From Chitinophaga pinensis (lineage in GTDB: Bacteria > Bacteroidota > Bacteroidia > UBA4408), in NCBI GenBank assembly GCA_945872355.1, contig CAMBZU010000004.1:3609-67608 (forward strand): a stretch of DNA of 64,000 nucleotides, in the 5' to 3' direction. The notes beneath the pieces were generated by a model. That model saw nothing but the letters and a program-made list of their open reading frames with translations, made no database searches and was not told where the DNA came from. A program made the translations under genes and the position numbers. This document shows positions 30,144-40,486 of the stretch, piece by piece (the first letter of the stretch is position 1; each line of letters starts with the position of its first letter).

Positions 30144-30614
30144 ATGAGCAAGCCTAGTTTTGATGTAATTTATATGGAGTTAGCCCAAAAACTAGCAGCG
30201 CGTTCTCATTGTGTTAAAATGCATGTTGGCGCAGTATTAACTAAAGATACCAGAATAGTTTCCTTGGGTTATAATGGCCCACCTGCCGGCACGCACAATT
30301 GCGATATTGAATGGCCCGAGGAAGGTTGCCCGCGCGATAGCAAAGGAAGTTGCTCTTTAGCATTACATGCCGAACAAAACGCCATTTTATATGCTTCAAA
30401 AAATAATGTTAGTGTTGAAGGGGCAACTTTGTATATCACCTTGTCTCCTTGTATTGCGTGTGCTCGCATTATTTTTACCACTGGTATTCGAAAAGTAATT
30501 TACTTAAATAGCTATGCCGAATATAAAAAAATACCAAGCGATGAAGGCGTTGATTTCTTAAAGAAATTTGGCGTTGATGTAATTCAATTTAGTAGTTTAA
30601 ATCTTGAATCATAA
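30144..30614 (+). CDS. dCMP deaminase family protein
   Basis: GYNGPP, HAEQNA and PCIAC Zn motifs. Confidence 0.92.
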   Translation: MSKPSFDVIYMELAQKLAARSHCVKMHVGAVLTKDTRIVSLGYNGPPAGTHNCDIEWPEEGCPRDSKGSCSLALHAEQNAILYASKNNVSVEGATLYITLSPCIACARIIFTTGIRKVIYLNSYAEYKKIPSDEGVDFLKKFGVDVIQFSSLNLES

Positions 30615-30635
30615 GTAAAAATATCTTCTTCCACT

Positions 30636-32261
30636 TTGGAAAATAACCATAAAAACAGCAGTCCTTTTCTTCCCTTATTTTTTGCATTAGCGCTTGTTGT
30701 AGGCATTTTTATTGGTATCAGGCTCAACCGCAACAGTCAGCAAAATCAATTGCTGCAAATGTTTAGCAATGAAAATACGAGCCAAAATAAATTAGATGAA
30801 TTACTGAATTATGTATTAAGAGAATATGTAGATACACTCAATCGCGATAGTTTAACAGATAAAACCATTGAGACTTTATTAGGTAATCTTGATCCGCATT
30901 CGGCCTATATTCCTGCTGCTGATTTACAAGCAACAAATGAACCTTTAAATGGTAATTTTGAAGGCATTGGTGTAGAGTTTAATTTATTGCGCGACACCAT
31001 TTATGTTGTAACAGCTATACCTGGTGGTCCATCGGAAAAAGCAGGTATAAAAAGTGGTGACAAAATTATTTTTGTTGATGGCAAAAAGGTTGCTGGCATT
31101 GGCATTACTAACGAAATGGTATTTAAAAATTTAAAAGGTAAAGGCGGCACTATTGTAAAGATTGGTGTGCTTAGATTTGGTACTGCAAACATCGAATATT
31201 TTAAAATTACCCGAGGTAAAATCCCTATTTATAGTATTGATGCATCATATATGATGGACAGCATCACAGGCTTTGTAAAAATTAGCAGATTTGCCTCTAC
31301 TACTTTTATAGAATTTGAAAGCGCACTTGCTAAACTTGATAAGTTAGGCATGAAGCAACTAATTTTAGATTTAAGAGGGAACCCAGGCGGATATCTTGAT
31401 GCAGCTATTGATATTTGTGATGAGTTTTTACCTAAAGGCAAAATGATTGTTTATACTCAAGGAAAAAACAGGCCACGACAAAATTCAACGGCCACTGAGC
31501 AAGGGCGATTTGAGCAACAAAAATTGGTCATCTTAATTGATGAAAATTCAGCTTCTGCAAGTGAAATTGTAGCTGGAGCTATTCAAGATAACGATAGAGG
31601 AGCTATTATTGGCAGAAGATCCTTTGGTAAAGGACTTGTTCAAGAGCAAAATGAATTTAAAGATGGATCGGCCATTAGATTAACCATTGCGCGCTATTAC
31701 ACACCATCTGGCAGATCAATACAAAAGCCTTATACAAATGGCAATATAGAGGATTATTATAATGAAGAAATGGAAAGATACGATTCGGGCGAATTGGTAA
31801 ATGCTGATAGTGTTAAACTCAATAAAAAATTAAAATACACAACGCCTGCAGGTAAAATAGTTTACGGCGGTGGTGGCATTATGCCCGATTATTTTATCCC
31901 TATTGATACAACTAAATTAAGTAGGTATATTTCTGAATTGCTTTACAAAAATATTATTAATGATTTTGCCTTAGAGTATGTAAATAAAAACAGGGCGAAT
32001 TTAAAATACGCAAGCGCTAAAGAGTTTAATCAAAAATTTGTGGTTAATACACCATTGGTAAACGAACTAAAAGCCTACGCAAATAAAAACAACATTAAAA
32101 CCAAGGCAAATGATTTTGAGAGAGGTTTGGATGTATTGAGTAATCAATTAAAGGCATACATTGCAAAAGATATATTTAATCAAGAAGCCTGGTTTTTTGT
32201 AAAAAATTCACATGATGATGCTTGCAAAAGGGCATTACTGCTATTGTATAGTAAATCTTAG
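30636..32261 (+). CDS. S41 family carboxyl-terminal processing peptidase
   Basis: LDPHS, PDZ domain, LDLRGNPGG, SASASEIVAGA, RSFGKGLVQ and RYYTPSGRSIQ motifs. Confidence 0.93.
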   Translation: MENNHKNSSPFLPLFFALALVVGIFIGIRLNRNSQQNQLLQMFSNENTSQNKLDELLNYVLREYVDTLNRDSLTDKTIETLLGNLDPHSAYIPAADLQATNEPLNGNFEGIGVEFNLLRDTIYVVTAIPGGPSEKAGIKSGDKIIFVDGKKVAGIGITNEMVFKNLKGKGGTIVKIGVLRFGTANIEYFKITRGKIPIYSIDASYMMDSITGFVKISRFASTTFIEFESALAKLDKLGMKQLILDLRGNPGGYLDAAIDICDEFLPKGKMIVYTQGKNRPRQNSTATEQGRFEQQKLVILIDENSASASEIVAGAIQDNDRGAIIGRRSFGKGLVQEQNEFKDGSAIRLTIARYYTPSGRSIQKPYTNGNIEDYYNEEMERYDSGELVNADSVKLNKKLKYTTPAGKIVYGGGGIMPDYFIPIDTTKLSRYISELLYKNIINDFALEYVNKNRANLKYASAKEFNQKFVVNTPLVNELKAYANKNNIKTKANDFERGLDVLSNQLKAYIAKDIFNQEAWFFVKNSHDDACKRALLLLYSKS

Positions 32262-32308
32262 TTGATCAACGATTCCAACTATGTAATTTGGGTTTAATTC
32301 ATATTTCT

Positions 32309-33892
32309 TTACATTGAATAATTTTCAAATTTAAATTGAATTTTAATTATGTCTTTATTCTCCATGATATAACTCGGTAAAATACCGTTATCCCAAATTG
32401 CAATTTTATACTTTTTTAATGCTATTTGATTGATTTGTTCTGGCGAAGGAATAATCTCATAAGCAATATAATTTGTAAAAAACATCATCGCAATATTTCC
32501 TTTGGTTCGCACCGTGGTATTAAAAACTACATAGTTATTATCTCCTAATTGATCAACTGTACATTTTATAAAATTCATTTCATTAAAATCTGCTTCTCTG
32601 TAATAATTAAGAAGTGGTTTCCAATAGGTATGATTAACTTGAATTTTTTTGGGATTTAAGAGAAAAAAACCAATTACAACCAACAATATTGGTGTAAATA
32701 CAGGCACAAAATGCTTGATTCTAATTTTATCTTTTAACTGTACAATTGCAGCATCTATAAGACTTGCGAGCCCTAAAAACAAAAAAGGTGATACTATAAT
32801 TGTGAACGAAGTCATTTTAGTTGCAGCCAATGTATAAAACGTGTAAATAATAATTGTGGCAAGTAAAATAGCATACCTATAAGCACTTATTTTAATTTTA
32901 TAAAGGAATATTAAAAGACCTACTAAATATAAAAATGGTATTGCAACGCCTGCGCCATATATTTCTCTGAATGCATTAAAATGAAACCAGCCATCTCCTG
33001 TATGACCCTCTAGTGCTTCGAAAAAGTGTCTTGTATTATAACTATATTCAAAAGCAGCTTCATTAGGAAATTTTAGGTGTGTATAAATTTGCCATGGAAC
33101 AAAAACTAAAAAGCTAATTATGATTGATTGAAATAATGGTTTGTAAGACTTTATTTTTTTCCAATTAGAAGTATCATCACTTCCTAGTGTAAAAAACCAT
33201 ATTGCATAAATGAGCAAACCAACTAACCACTTTACAAGCACAGCAAAACCTGCAAAAAGCCCAATCATAATAATAAAACGCATTTTTTTACTCTGTTGAT
33301 ATTCAAACCATGCCCAAAAACTTGCTATAACGTAAAATAAAAAAGAAATATCATTATGATCTGTAGAGAATTTTCCTGCAACCAATTCAAGTATATAATA
33401 TGCCATAGTAAAGAAAAGTGCTGCATAATAACCAACGCTTTCATTCGTTGTTATTTTACCAATACGAAAAATCATTAAAGCAGCAATTGCATGTAGCGCT
33501 ATACTTGGTAATCTTACTGCCAAAGTATTAAATCCAAATAGCTTTAAACTAATTGCTATTTGCCATAAAAACAAAGGTTGCTTATGCAGCCAAACAGAGT
33601 TTCCCGCCCAATTTTGCACATCATAGCCTAATAATGGAAAAGGATAAAGTGTAGGTTTAAGTGGATTTAATAACATATTTTTTGCCACCAAGGCATGAAA
33701 TTGTTCATCCCAAGTAATTAAGAAAGGATCCAAGTTTGCCGTAAAAAAACCTATGCCTAAAGCGCCTATAAACAATAAAACCAAGCTGGCGCGTATGCTC
33801 TGAAAACTAAAAAAAAGGATTGAAGCCAATAAAATAATAACACTAATGTAAAGCGGCAAAACCTGATGATTGTTGAAGTGATGAAGCGTCAT
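32309..33892 (-). CDS. ArnT/PMT-like (GT83/GT39, GT-C fold) glycosyltransferase
   Basis: WDEQFHALVAKNM, HKQPLFLWQ, AVRLPS and AVLVKW motifs; polytopic membrane protein. Confidence 0.8.
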   Translation of the reverse strand: MTLHHFNNHQVLPLYISVIILLASILFFSFQSIRASLVLLFIGALGIGFFTANLDPFLITWDEQFHALVAKNMLLNPLKPTLYPFPLLGYDVQNWAGNSVWLHKQPLFLWQIAISLKLFGFNTLAVRLPSIALHAIAALMIFRIGKITTNESVGYYAALFFTMAYYILELVAGKFSTDHNDISFLFYVIASFWAWFEYQQSKKMRFIIMIGLFAGFAVLVKWLVGLLIYAIWFFTLGSDDTSNWKKIKSYKPLFQSIIISFLVFVPWQIYTHLKFPNEAAFEYSYNTRHFFEALEGHTGDGWFHFNAFREIYGAGVAIPFLYLVGLLIFLYKIKISAYRYAILLATIIIYTFYTLAATKMTSFTIIVSPFLFLGLASLIDAAIVQLKDKIRIKHFVPVFTPILLVVIGFFLLNPKKIQVNHTYWKPLLNYYREADFNEMNFIKCTVDQLGDNNYVVFNTTVRTKGNIAMMFFTNYIAYEIIPSPEQINQIALKKYKIAIWDNGILPSYIMENKDIIKIQFKFENYSM

Positions 33893-33945
33893 AATTTTGT
33901 AATTTTATAGCTTAAAAATTAAAAAACTATTGCTAAGTATAAAAA

Positions 33946-34827
33946 TCATATCCCTGTCCTAATTCTAATAGCAACACCTACATTTACAAAAAAGCCTTGA
34001 TTGATGGGTTGATAAATTGGATGATTTAACACCACATTATCTCTTGATTTGTTAAACATTATTTGCTTTGGTCCGTAGCCAAAAGTACGCCCCAACTCAG
34101 CATAGCAAACCAGCTTTTTGGTGATGTAATAATCAAAGAAATATTTTACCTGATTTTCCTGATTCCAAATGTAATCACTGTTCAAATAACTGCTTAATCT
34201 ATAGCTTCGGCCGTATACTCTTGAACCTACACCAGTATATAAATGATTGCTAATTTTAAACTCTAAGCGATTCATTAATGGGAAAGTACCATAGATCATC
34301 CATCGTGGACTTATTTGCCAATCAATACCTAACAAAGGCACAAAGAAATTTCCAAAAGGTTCTTTATTGTAATACATGCCAGCTTTGGCGCGAAAATGTT
34401 TTCCAAATTTATATTGTAGTAATACAGAACCTCCATATTGCTTATCATATTGATTTAGTTTTTTTTCAAAATCAGTTGCTATTTTAGGAATAAATAAAAA
34501 CACTGCAGATAGCTTTTTACCAAAGTAATGTTGGGCGCCAATGCCAAAAGTTAAAGCATATAAGCTTCTTTCTTTGATATCATAAGCTGTGTTTTTAGAA
34601 ACCAATTCTTCGGTATTTAGGCGAACAATGATGGTGTTCTTTGCATTTATTTTTAGAGGTAAAAGTAAGCCTGCAAAATAATTGCTTGTAAGGTTTGTGC
34701 CAACTCCATTGCTATATTTTGTATTTAATTTTTGTGCATTAAAAGTGGCAATATCAGTAAATGGTTGTGCATAAATTGCAGAAAAACTGACTACCAATAT
34801 TGTGTAAATAATTGCAAGTTTTTTCAT
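33946..34827 (-). CDS. Outer-membrane beta-barrel protein (DUF6268-like)
   Basis: Signal peptide, alternating aromatic strands, FFVPLLGIDWQ motif. Confidence 0.6.
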   Translation of the reverse strand: MKKLAIIYTILVVSFSAIYAQPFTDIATFNAQKLNTKYSNGVGTNLTSNYFAGLLLPLKINAKNTIIVRLNTEELVSKNTAYDIKERSLYALTFGIGAQHYFGKKLSAVFLFIPKIATDFEKKLNQYDKQYGGSVLLQYKFGKHFRAKAGMYYNKEPFGNFFVPLLGIDWQISPRWMIYGTFPLMNRLEFKISNHLYTGVGSRVYGRSYRLSSYLNSDYIWNQENQVKYFFDYYITKKLVCYAELGRTFGYGPKQIMFNKSRDNVVLNHPIYQPINQGFFVNVGVAIRIRTGI

Positions 34828-34834
34828 AGTGTTT

Positions 34835-36025
34835 TTAAGTTATTACCTCATCAATACTCTTTAAAATAATTTTACAAGCTTCATCAATTTCATTATCACT
34901 AATAATCAAAGGTGGCGCAAGTCGCATGGCATTATCACAAAATAAAAACCAATCGCAAATTAAGCCATTTTTTATACAGCAATCAATTATTTTTTTGTTG
35001 TTTTCAAATGAATCGAACTGAATTGCCAACAATAAACCAACACCTCTTATTTCTTGTATTTTATGATGAATTAATTTGCTTCGAAAAAGCAATTCTTTTT
35101 CTTTTACTTCATCAATTAAATTATTATCCAATACAAATTCTAGCGCAGCTAAACCTGCCGCGCAGCAAACAGGATGACCGCCAAAAGTAGTAATATGACC
35201 TAACATTGGACTGTGCGCTAAGCTTTGCATAATTTGAGAAGAAGAGATAAATGCACCTATTGGCATTCCACCGCCTAGGCTTTTACTCAAGCACAAAATA
35301 TCAGGTACAATACCGTAATGTTCAAAAGCAAACATTTTACCGGTTCGGCCCATACCGCATTGTATTTCATCTAAAACCAGCAGCACACCGTGCTTTTTAC
35401 AAGCTGCTTTTAGAGCCAGAAAATAGGCTGCACTTGCTGTTCTTATGCCTGCTTCGCCTTGCACTGTTTCAATAACTACACAGGCAACCGTTTCATCAAT
35501 TAAATTCAAATCGTCAAAATTACCAAACTCAACAATGGTATTACCCGGTATTAAGGGCCTGTAGGCATTTTTATAAGTTTCGCTACCCATAATACTCAGC
35601 ACACCTTGCGAGCTTCCGTGATAGGCATTTTTACATGAAATAGTTTTAAATCTTCCCGTATATCTTTTTGCCAATTTTAATGCACCGTCAATGGCTTCTG
35701 CCCCTGAGCTTACAAAATATATATTTTGCAAATTTTGAGGCAGCAAGGCGCAAAGCTTTTGTGCAAATAACACTTGTGGACCTTGCACAAACTCACCATA
35801 CACCATTAAATGCATATAACTTTGTGCCTGCTTTGTAATGGCTGCAATTACTTTGTGATTACCATGACCAACATTACTCACCGCAATACCCGAAATTAAA
35901 TCTAAATAACGTTTTCCATTTACATCCCACATATACACACCTTCTGCACGCTCCATCTCCAACAATAGCGGAAAAAAAGTAGTTTGGGCGTTATGCTGTA
36001 AAAAAAGTTGGCGGTTATTGAGCAT
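34835..36025 (-). CDS. Class III PLP-dependent aminotransferase (ArgD-like)
   Basis: SGAEAIDGALKLA, YHGS, ETVQGEAG, DEIQCGMGRTG and SKSLGGG motifs; start set at ATG 36025. Confidence 0.9.
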   Translation of the reverse strand: MLNNRQLFLQHNAQTTFFPLLLEMERAEGVYMWDVNGKRYLDLISGIAVSNVGHGNHKVIAAITKQAQSYMHLMVYGEFVQGPQVLFAQKLCALLPQNLQNIYFVSSGAEAIDGALKLAKRYTGRFKTISCKNAYHGSSQGVLSIMGSETYKNAYRPLIPGNTIVEFGNFDDLNLIDETVACVVIETVQGEAGIRTASAAYFLALKAACKKHGVLLVLDEIQCGMGRTGKMFAFEHYGIVPDILCLSKSLGGGMPIGAFISSSQIMQSLAHSPMLGHITTFGGHPVCCAAGLAALEFVLDNNLIDEVKEKELLFRSKLIHHKIQEIRGVGLLLAIQFDSFENNKKIIDCCIKNGLICDWFLFCDNAMRLAPPLIISDNEIDEACKIILKSIDEVIT

Positions 36026-37346
36026 GATTTTCACTTGTAAATTTGCCAATATAGGCAGGATCTGTTTTCAAAAATAATTTCCAATAAATTTCTTTATCAA
36101 TACCATCCCATGGCAATATAAAATTTACTTTTTGATACGTTTGAATTTGAGCAATTAAAATACAAGATACAATGGCTAATAACCCTATCCATTTACCGCT
36201 TTTAACTTCACGAAAATACCCAATCAATAAAGCCAATGGAATACTAAAAAATACATAAAAATCAATCATTGGTCGCATACCAAAACCTCCTCCATAAAAC
36301 CACATCCACCATGACGATAAAATATAAATGACACATATTAAAAATATTGCTAAAGCTTTAGTTTGAAATGACGATTTTTTTGCCAAGATGATAAGACCAA
36401 AAAGTGCTAAAAAAAGTAAAGGTGCATAAACAAATAATCCTCTTCTATAGCTAAATAAAAAATCATTGATGTGTGGATTTAGAAAATTAAATTTTTCATT
36501 CCCGTAGCTGTAAACAAAAAATGCTCCTGCCGCTTGTTTATAATAAATAAACTGAATAGAAATTATTGCTAATAGCAGCGTTAATACTGAGATGAGTTGA
36601 ATGCCTTTGGTATTTTTAAACCCTTGATGTAAATTTTTTAAACTCCCAGCCAAAAAAGGCAAAGCCAAAATAACAATTGCATTGGAAGGTCTAATGAGCA
36701 CAATAAATGCAAACAAAATGGCTGCAATTTTTATATATTTTAAAGTATATGTTTCAAAATATTTTTTAGCATAATAAGCAAAAGCACTCATGATAGCCAT
36801 TGAATAAACATGCGACATACTTGGCTCTGCAACCGTATAATAAAATAAATTGGTGGCAAAAACAATGGCAAAAAGTGCAATAAATATTTCAACTTCTTTA
36901 CAGAAATAAAGCAATAATAATTTCCTCATAAAAAACAATCCAAGCAATAAATAAAAACATGCGCCAATAGCAATCATCATTTGATAAACAAAGGAATAAC
37001 CATCAGTAGGTAGCGATGAAAGTGCAGCAAAAAAATGCGCTGTGGCAAAAAATGGACTCATTAAAATAGCAGTTCCTACCCAATATTTATTTACATTCTT
37101 TTCATCATACTTATTAGTAAAATCAACTGTGTTGCCAGGTTTGTAATACTTTGTTTCGTATTGATTTACAAATTGAAATTGCAAATCGTTGTATATAAAA
37201 ACAGCTGGCAGATAAGCGTAATAGCCTTTCCCATCGCTACTTATGCACCTGTTCCAATTGTTATTTTTTAATTGTTTGAAGCACATAAAAATAGTGCATG
37301 CAGTTATTACACTAATATATATCCAATATTTTATTGATTTTTCCAA
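36015..37346 (-). CDS. Polytopic membrane protein, probable GT-C fold glycosyltransferase
   Basis: SDGKGYYAYLP loop after TM1, NKYWVGTA, EPSMSH, LIRP and WWMWFYGGGFGMR motifs. Confidence 0.6.
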   Translation of the reverse strand: MEKSIKYWIYISVITACTIFMCFKQLKNNNWNRCISSDGKGYYAYLPAVFIYNDLQFQFVNQYETKYYKPGNTVDFTNKYDEKNVNKYWVGTAILMSPFFATAHFFAALSSLPTDGYSFVYQMMIAIGACFYLLLGLFFMRKLLLLYFCKEVEIFIALFAIVFATNLFYYTVAEPSMSHVYSMAIMSAFAYYAKKYFETYTLKYIKIAAILFAFIVLIRPSNAIVILALPFLAGSLKNLHQGFKNTKGIQLISVLTLLLAIISIQFIYYKQAAGAFFVYSYGNEKFNFLNPHINDFLFSYRRGLFVYAPLLFLALFGLIILAKKSSFQTKALAIFLICVIYILSSWWMWFYGGGFGMRPMIDFYVFFSIPLALLIGYFREVKSGKWIGLLAIVSCILIAQIQTYQKVNFILPWDGIDKEIYWKLFLKTDPAYIGKFTSENHAQ

Positions 37347-37358
37347 AAAGAAATGTGC

Positions 37359-38162
37359 TTACCGTTGAGGCTTTAACTTATACATCAATTGCCAAAACAA
37401 TGATGGAAAAAAGCGCTTTAAATAAATTGGAATAATCTCTAATTTTCCAATGATAACTTCCTTTTTACCTTTTGCAACCGCTTTAATTATTTTTTGTGCG
37501 CAAACTTCAGCATCCATGCCTTTTTCAAGTCTTGCATCCACAGCCGATGCTGCTAAACCATCTTTATTTAAAGCGGATAAACCAATATTGGTTTTAATGG
37601 AGCCCGGACAAACCATAGTTACTCGTATTCCATTATCTCTGTTTTCGAGAAACAAAGACTCATAAAAGCCATGTAATGCATGTTTGGAAGCAGCATAGGC
37701 CGAACGTTCATAAAATCCAAACTGGCCTGATAAACTGCTTGTAATTACAAAATGACCATATTTATTTTTGAGCATCATTGGCAAAACAATTTTACTTAAC
37801 TGAATATTCGCAAAAAAATTGACCTCCATAATTTTACGATCAACATTTAAAGGGGTTTCTTTAGCTAATGACCTTTGACTTATACCTCCGTTATTGAACA
37901 ACAAATCTATGCTTCCAAATTTTTCAATGGCTTTGTCGGCAACACTTTGAAAAGTAGCTAAGGCTTCTAAATCAAATGGCAAAACAACTATTTCTGCAGG
38001 CAATGAACTGCATTTTTCTTTTATATTATTTAACTCTGTTGCTCGTCTTGCCGAGATAATGAGTTTTAAATTATATTGCGCTAATTGCAAAACAAGCGCT
38101 GCACCTATTCCCGATGACGCACCAGTAACCCATACTACCTTATGCTCATAAAAATTACGCAT
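37359..38162 (-). CDS. SDR family oxidoreductase (DHRS7-like)
   Basis: TGASSGIG, NNGGISQRS and YAASK motifs. Confidence 0.92.
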   Translation of the reverse strand: MRNFYEHKVVWVTGASSGIGAALVLQLAQYNLKLIISARRATELNNIKEKCSSLPAEIVVLPFDLEALATFQSVADKAIEKFGSIDLLFNNGGISQRSLAKETPLNVDRKIMEVNFFANIQLSKIVLPMMLKNKYGHFVITSSLSGQFGFYERSAYAASKHALHGFYESLFLENRDNGIRVTMVCPGSIKTNIGLSALNKDGLAASAVDARLEKGMDAEVCAQKIIKAVAKGKKEVIIGKLEIIPIYLKRFFPSLFWQLMYKLKPQR

Positions 38163-39676
38163 TATTTAATAATTGTAAACTTACCTTGAGCAACAGTTTT
38201 TTCATTAAGAATTAAACTATAAAAATACATGCCATTACTCAGGCTAAGATTATTTAGTGTAACACTACTCCCTTTATTGTTCTCCTTTGCAAAATAAGCT
38301 ACTTGGCTGGTTACATCATTTCCCAATTGATTATAAACTTTAATACTAAAAGCTTTACTGGCAATTAATGAAATTGGAAAATCAATATTTATTGTGGTTG
38401 AAATGCTAAAAGGATTAGGATATAATTGGTTTTGCGCTGCAACAAATGTGTTGGTTTCTTTGAGATTAACAAAGATGTCTGGCGTGCCTCCTATTATTAA
38501 TGTCGAGTCAACTTTTACAAAATAAATATTACTCAACCCTATTCCAAAACTATTTGTTGTGCCGATTAATGCGTATCCCGAATCGAGTGTTGCAATTACA
38601 TTATTTGCAACATCCTCAAAATTGCCGCCATAAGTAGAGCCGCCTTCAAAATAAAAACCTGTAGCTAATTTAACCAAAAACATATCGCCAAATCCACTTC
38701 CTAAACTAGTTGTGTTTCCAACAGTAAGAACCGCTCCATCAATACATTCAATTATCGAATTTAGTTTAACATCGCTTGTATAATTTGATTCATAAGCCTG
38801 TGCAATTGAATTATTTGAAAGATCAAAATTGATAATTAAGTTATTATAATTTTGAGGAAATAATACATTATGTGATGAACATCCCAATGCATATTTTCCA
38901 TCTGTTTTCTGAATTATATCACCACCTTCATCGTCACCATTTCCTCCAAAATAATTTTCAGAAATAACATTCCCATTTAAATCAATTCTAACTAGATAAA
39001 TATCCTTCCCATTGTTGCTTGTTTTTGTGTTTCCACATATTAAATAGCCATCTGAAATACTTATGATTGAATTAGCAACATCATCTTGAAGACCACCAAT
39101 CTTTTTACGCCATTGTTCATCACCATTCGCATCTGTTTTTATTATTAAAATGTCGCTAAAGGCATTTCCTGTATCGTAAGTTTTACCTGCCATAATAAAT
39201 CCACCATCAGCACAGGTATCCATGCTATAGGCAAAATCCCATTCATTAGTACCATAGTGTTTAGTCCAAATAGTATCGCCATTCATGTTGGCTTTAATTA
39301 AATAAAAATCATACGAACTATTTAAATAGCTGCTTGTATGGCCTGCCATTACTATGTTACCATCTTGCGTATATTTTATTTTACAGGCTCCTTCAATTTC
39401 AGCTCCGCCATAAGTGCGCTGCCATTCATAAGTTCCAAACTTATCCACTTTCAATAAGTAAATATCAGAACTACTCGAAAAACTATTTGAAGTGCAAAGC
39501 AACAAATAACCTGTATCTGCAGTTTGCATCAAATCATTTCCATAATCATAGGAATAGCCACCATATACCTTCTGAAACTTTTGCGTTTGTGCTTTTGAGT
39601 GAGGAAAAGCCAGCAGAAAGGCTATACTCAGTATTCCAAATCTGAGCAAATATTTATATTTATTAATTGCTTCCAT
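38162..39676 (-). CDS. T9SS-secreted beta-propeller repeat protein
   Basis: Repeated DxYLIKxDxxG...W.+.YGG units; C-terminal LYPNPF...GMYFY...GKFTI CTD. Confidence 0.82.
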   Translation of the reverse strand: MEAINKYKYLLRFGILSIAFLLAFPHSKAQTQKFQKVYGGYSYDYGNDLMQTADTGYLLLCTSNSFSSSSDIYLLKVDKFGTYEWQRTYGGAEIEGACKIKYTQDGNIVMAGHTSSYLNSSYDFYLIKANMNGDTIWTKHYGTNEWDFAYSMDTCADGGFIMAGKTYDTGNAFSDILIIKTDANGDEQWRKKIGGLQDDVANSIISISDGYLICGNTKTSNNGKDIYLVRIDLNGNVISENYFGGNGDDEGGDIIQKTDGKYALGCSSHNVLFPQNYNNLIINFDLSNNSIAQAYESNYTSDVKLNSIIECIDGAVLTVGNTTSLGSGFGDMFLVKLATGFYFEGGSTYGGNFEDVANNVIATLDSGYALIGTTNSFGIGLSNIYFVKVDSTLIIGGTPDIFVNLKETNTFVAAQNQLYPNPFSISTTINIDFPISLIASKAFSIKVYNQLGNDVTSQVAYFAKENNKGSSVTLNNLSLSNGMYFYSLILNEKTVAQGKFTIIK

Positions 39677-39679
39677 GCT

Positions 39680-40486
39680 CTATTTTAAGGCTTGGTGAAT
39701 TTTAATCAGTTTTTTCAATAAAGGTTCCATCATATCAAGTTGTAACATGTTGGCTCCATCAGATTTTGCATTTTTGGGATCAGGATGTGTTTCAATAAAC
39801 AAGCCATTAGCCCCAGCAGCAATTCCAGCAGCAGCTATCGTTGGAATCAAATCTGGGCGGCCACCTGTGACTCCACTTTCTTGATTAGGTTGTTGTAAAG
39901 CATGCGTAACATCAAGTACCACAGGCACCTCATGCTTTTGCATTTCAGGTATATTTCTAAAATCAACTACTAAATCATGATAACCAAAGGTAGTGCCCCT
40001 TTCGGTTAACATGATATTGTTATTTCCTGTTTGTTTCACTTTTTCAACAGCAAATTTCATAGAGTAAGCCGATACAAACTGGCCTTTCTTAATATTTACC
40101 CATTTTCCGGTTTCCCCAGCAGCCAATAACAAATCTGTTTGACGACAAAGAAAAGCTGGTATTTGCAATACATCTACATATTTTGCAGCAAGCGCAGCTT
40201 CAAGTTCGGTATGAATATCTGTTACCGTAGGCAATCCGTATTTTTCTCCTGCTAAAGCTAATATTTCAAGTGCCTTTTCATTGCCAATACCCGTAAATGA
40301 ACTAAGCTTTGATCTGTTGGCTTTTTTATAGGATGCTTTTAATACTAAGGGCACTTGTAATCTATTGCAAATTTCATTTAAACGACTTGCAATTTCAAAC
40401 AAATTCTCTTTACTTTCAACTACACATGGCCCTGCCAATAGAAAGAAATTCCCCGAATCAGTATATTTTATTTTATCAATCTTCAT
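39680..40486 (-). CDS. kdsA: 3-deoxy-8-phosphooctulonate synthase
   Basis: AGPCVVES, KASYKKANRS, QIPAFLCRQTDLL, NIKKGQF, ERG, DVTH and ETHPDP..AKSDG motifs; ATG overlaps the upstream TGA. Confidence 0.96.
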   Translation of the reverse strand: MKIDKIKYTDSGNFFLLAGPCVVESKENLFEIASRLNEICNRLQVPLVLKASYKKANRSKLSSFTGIGNEKALEILALAGEKYGLPTVTDIHTELEAALAAKYVDVLQIPAFLCRQTDLLLAAGETGKWVNIKKGQFVSAYSMKFAVEKVKQTGNNNIMLTERGTTFGYHDLVVDFRNIPEMQKHEVPVVLDVTHALQQPNQESGVTGGRPDLIPTIAAAGIAAGANGLFIETHPDPKNAKSDGANMLQLDMMEPLLKKLIKIHQALK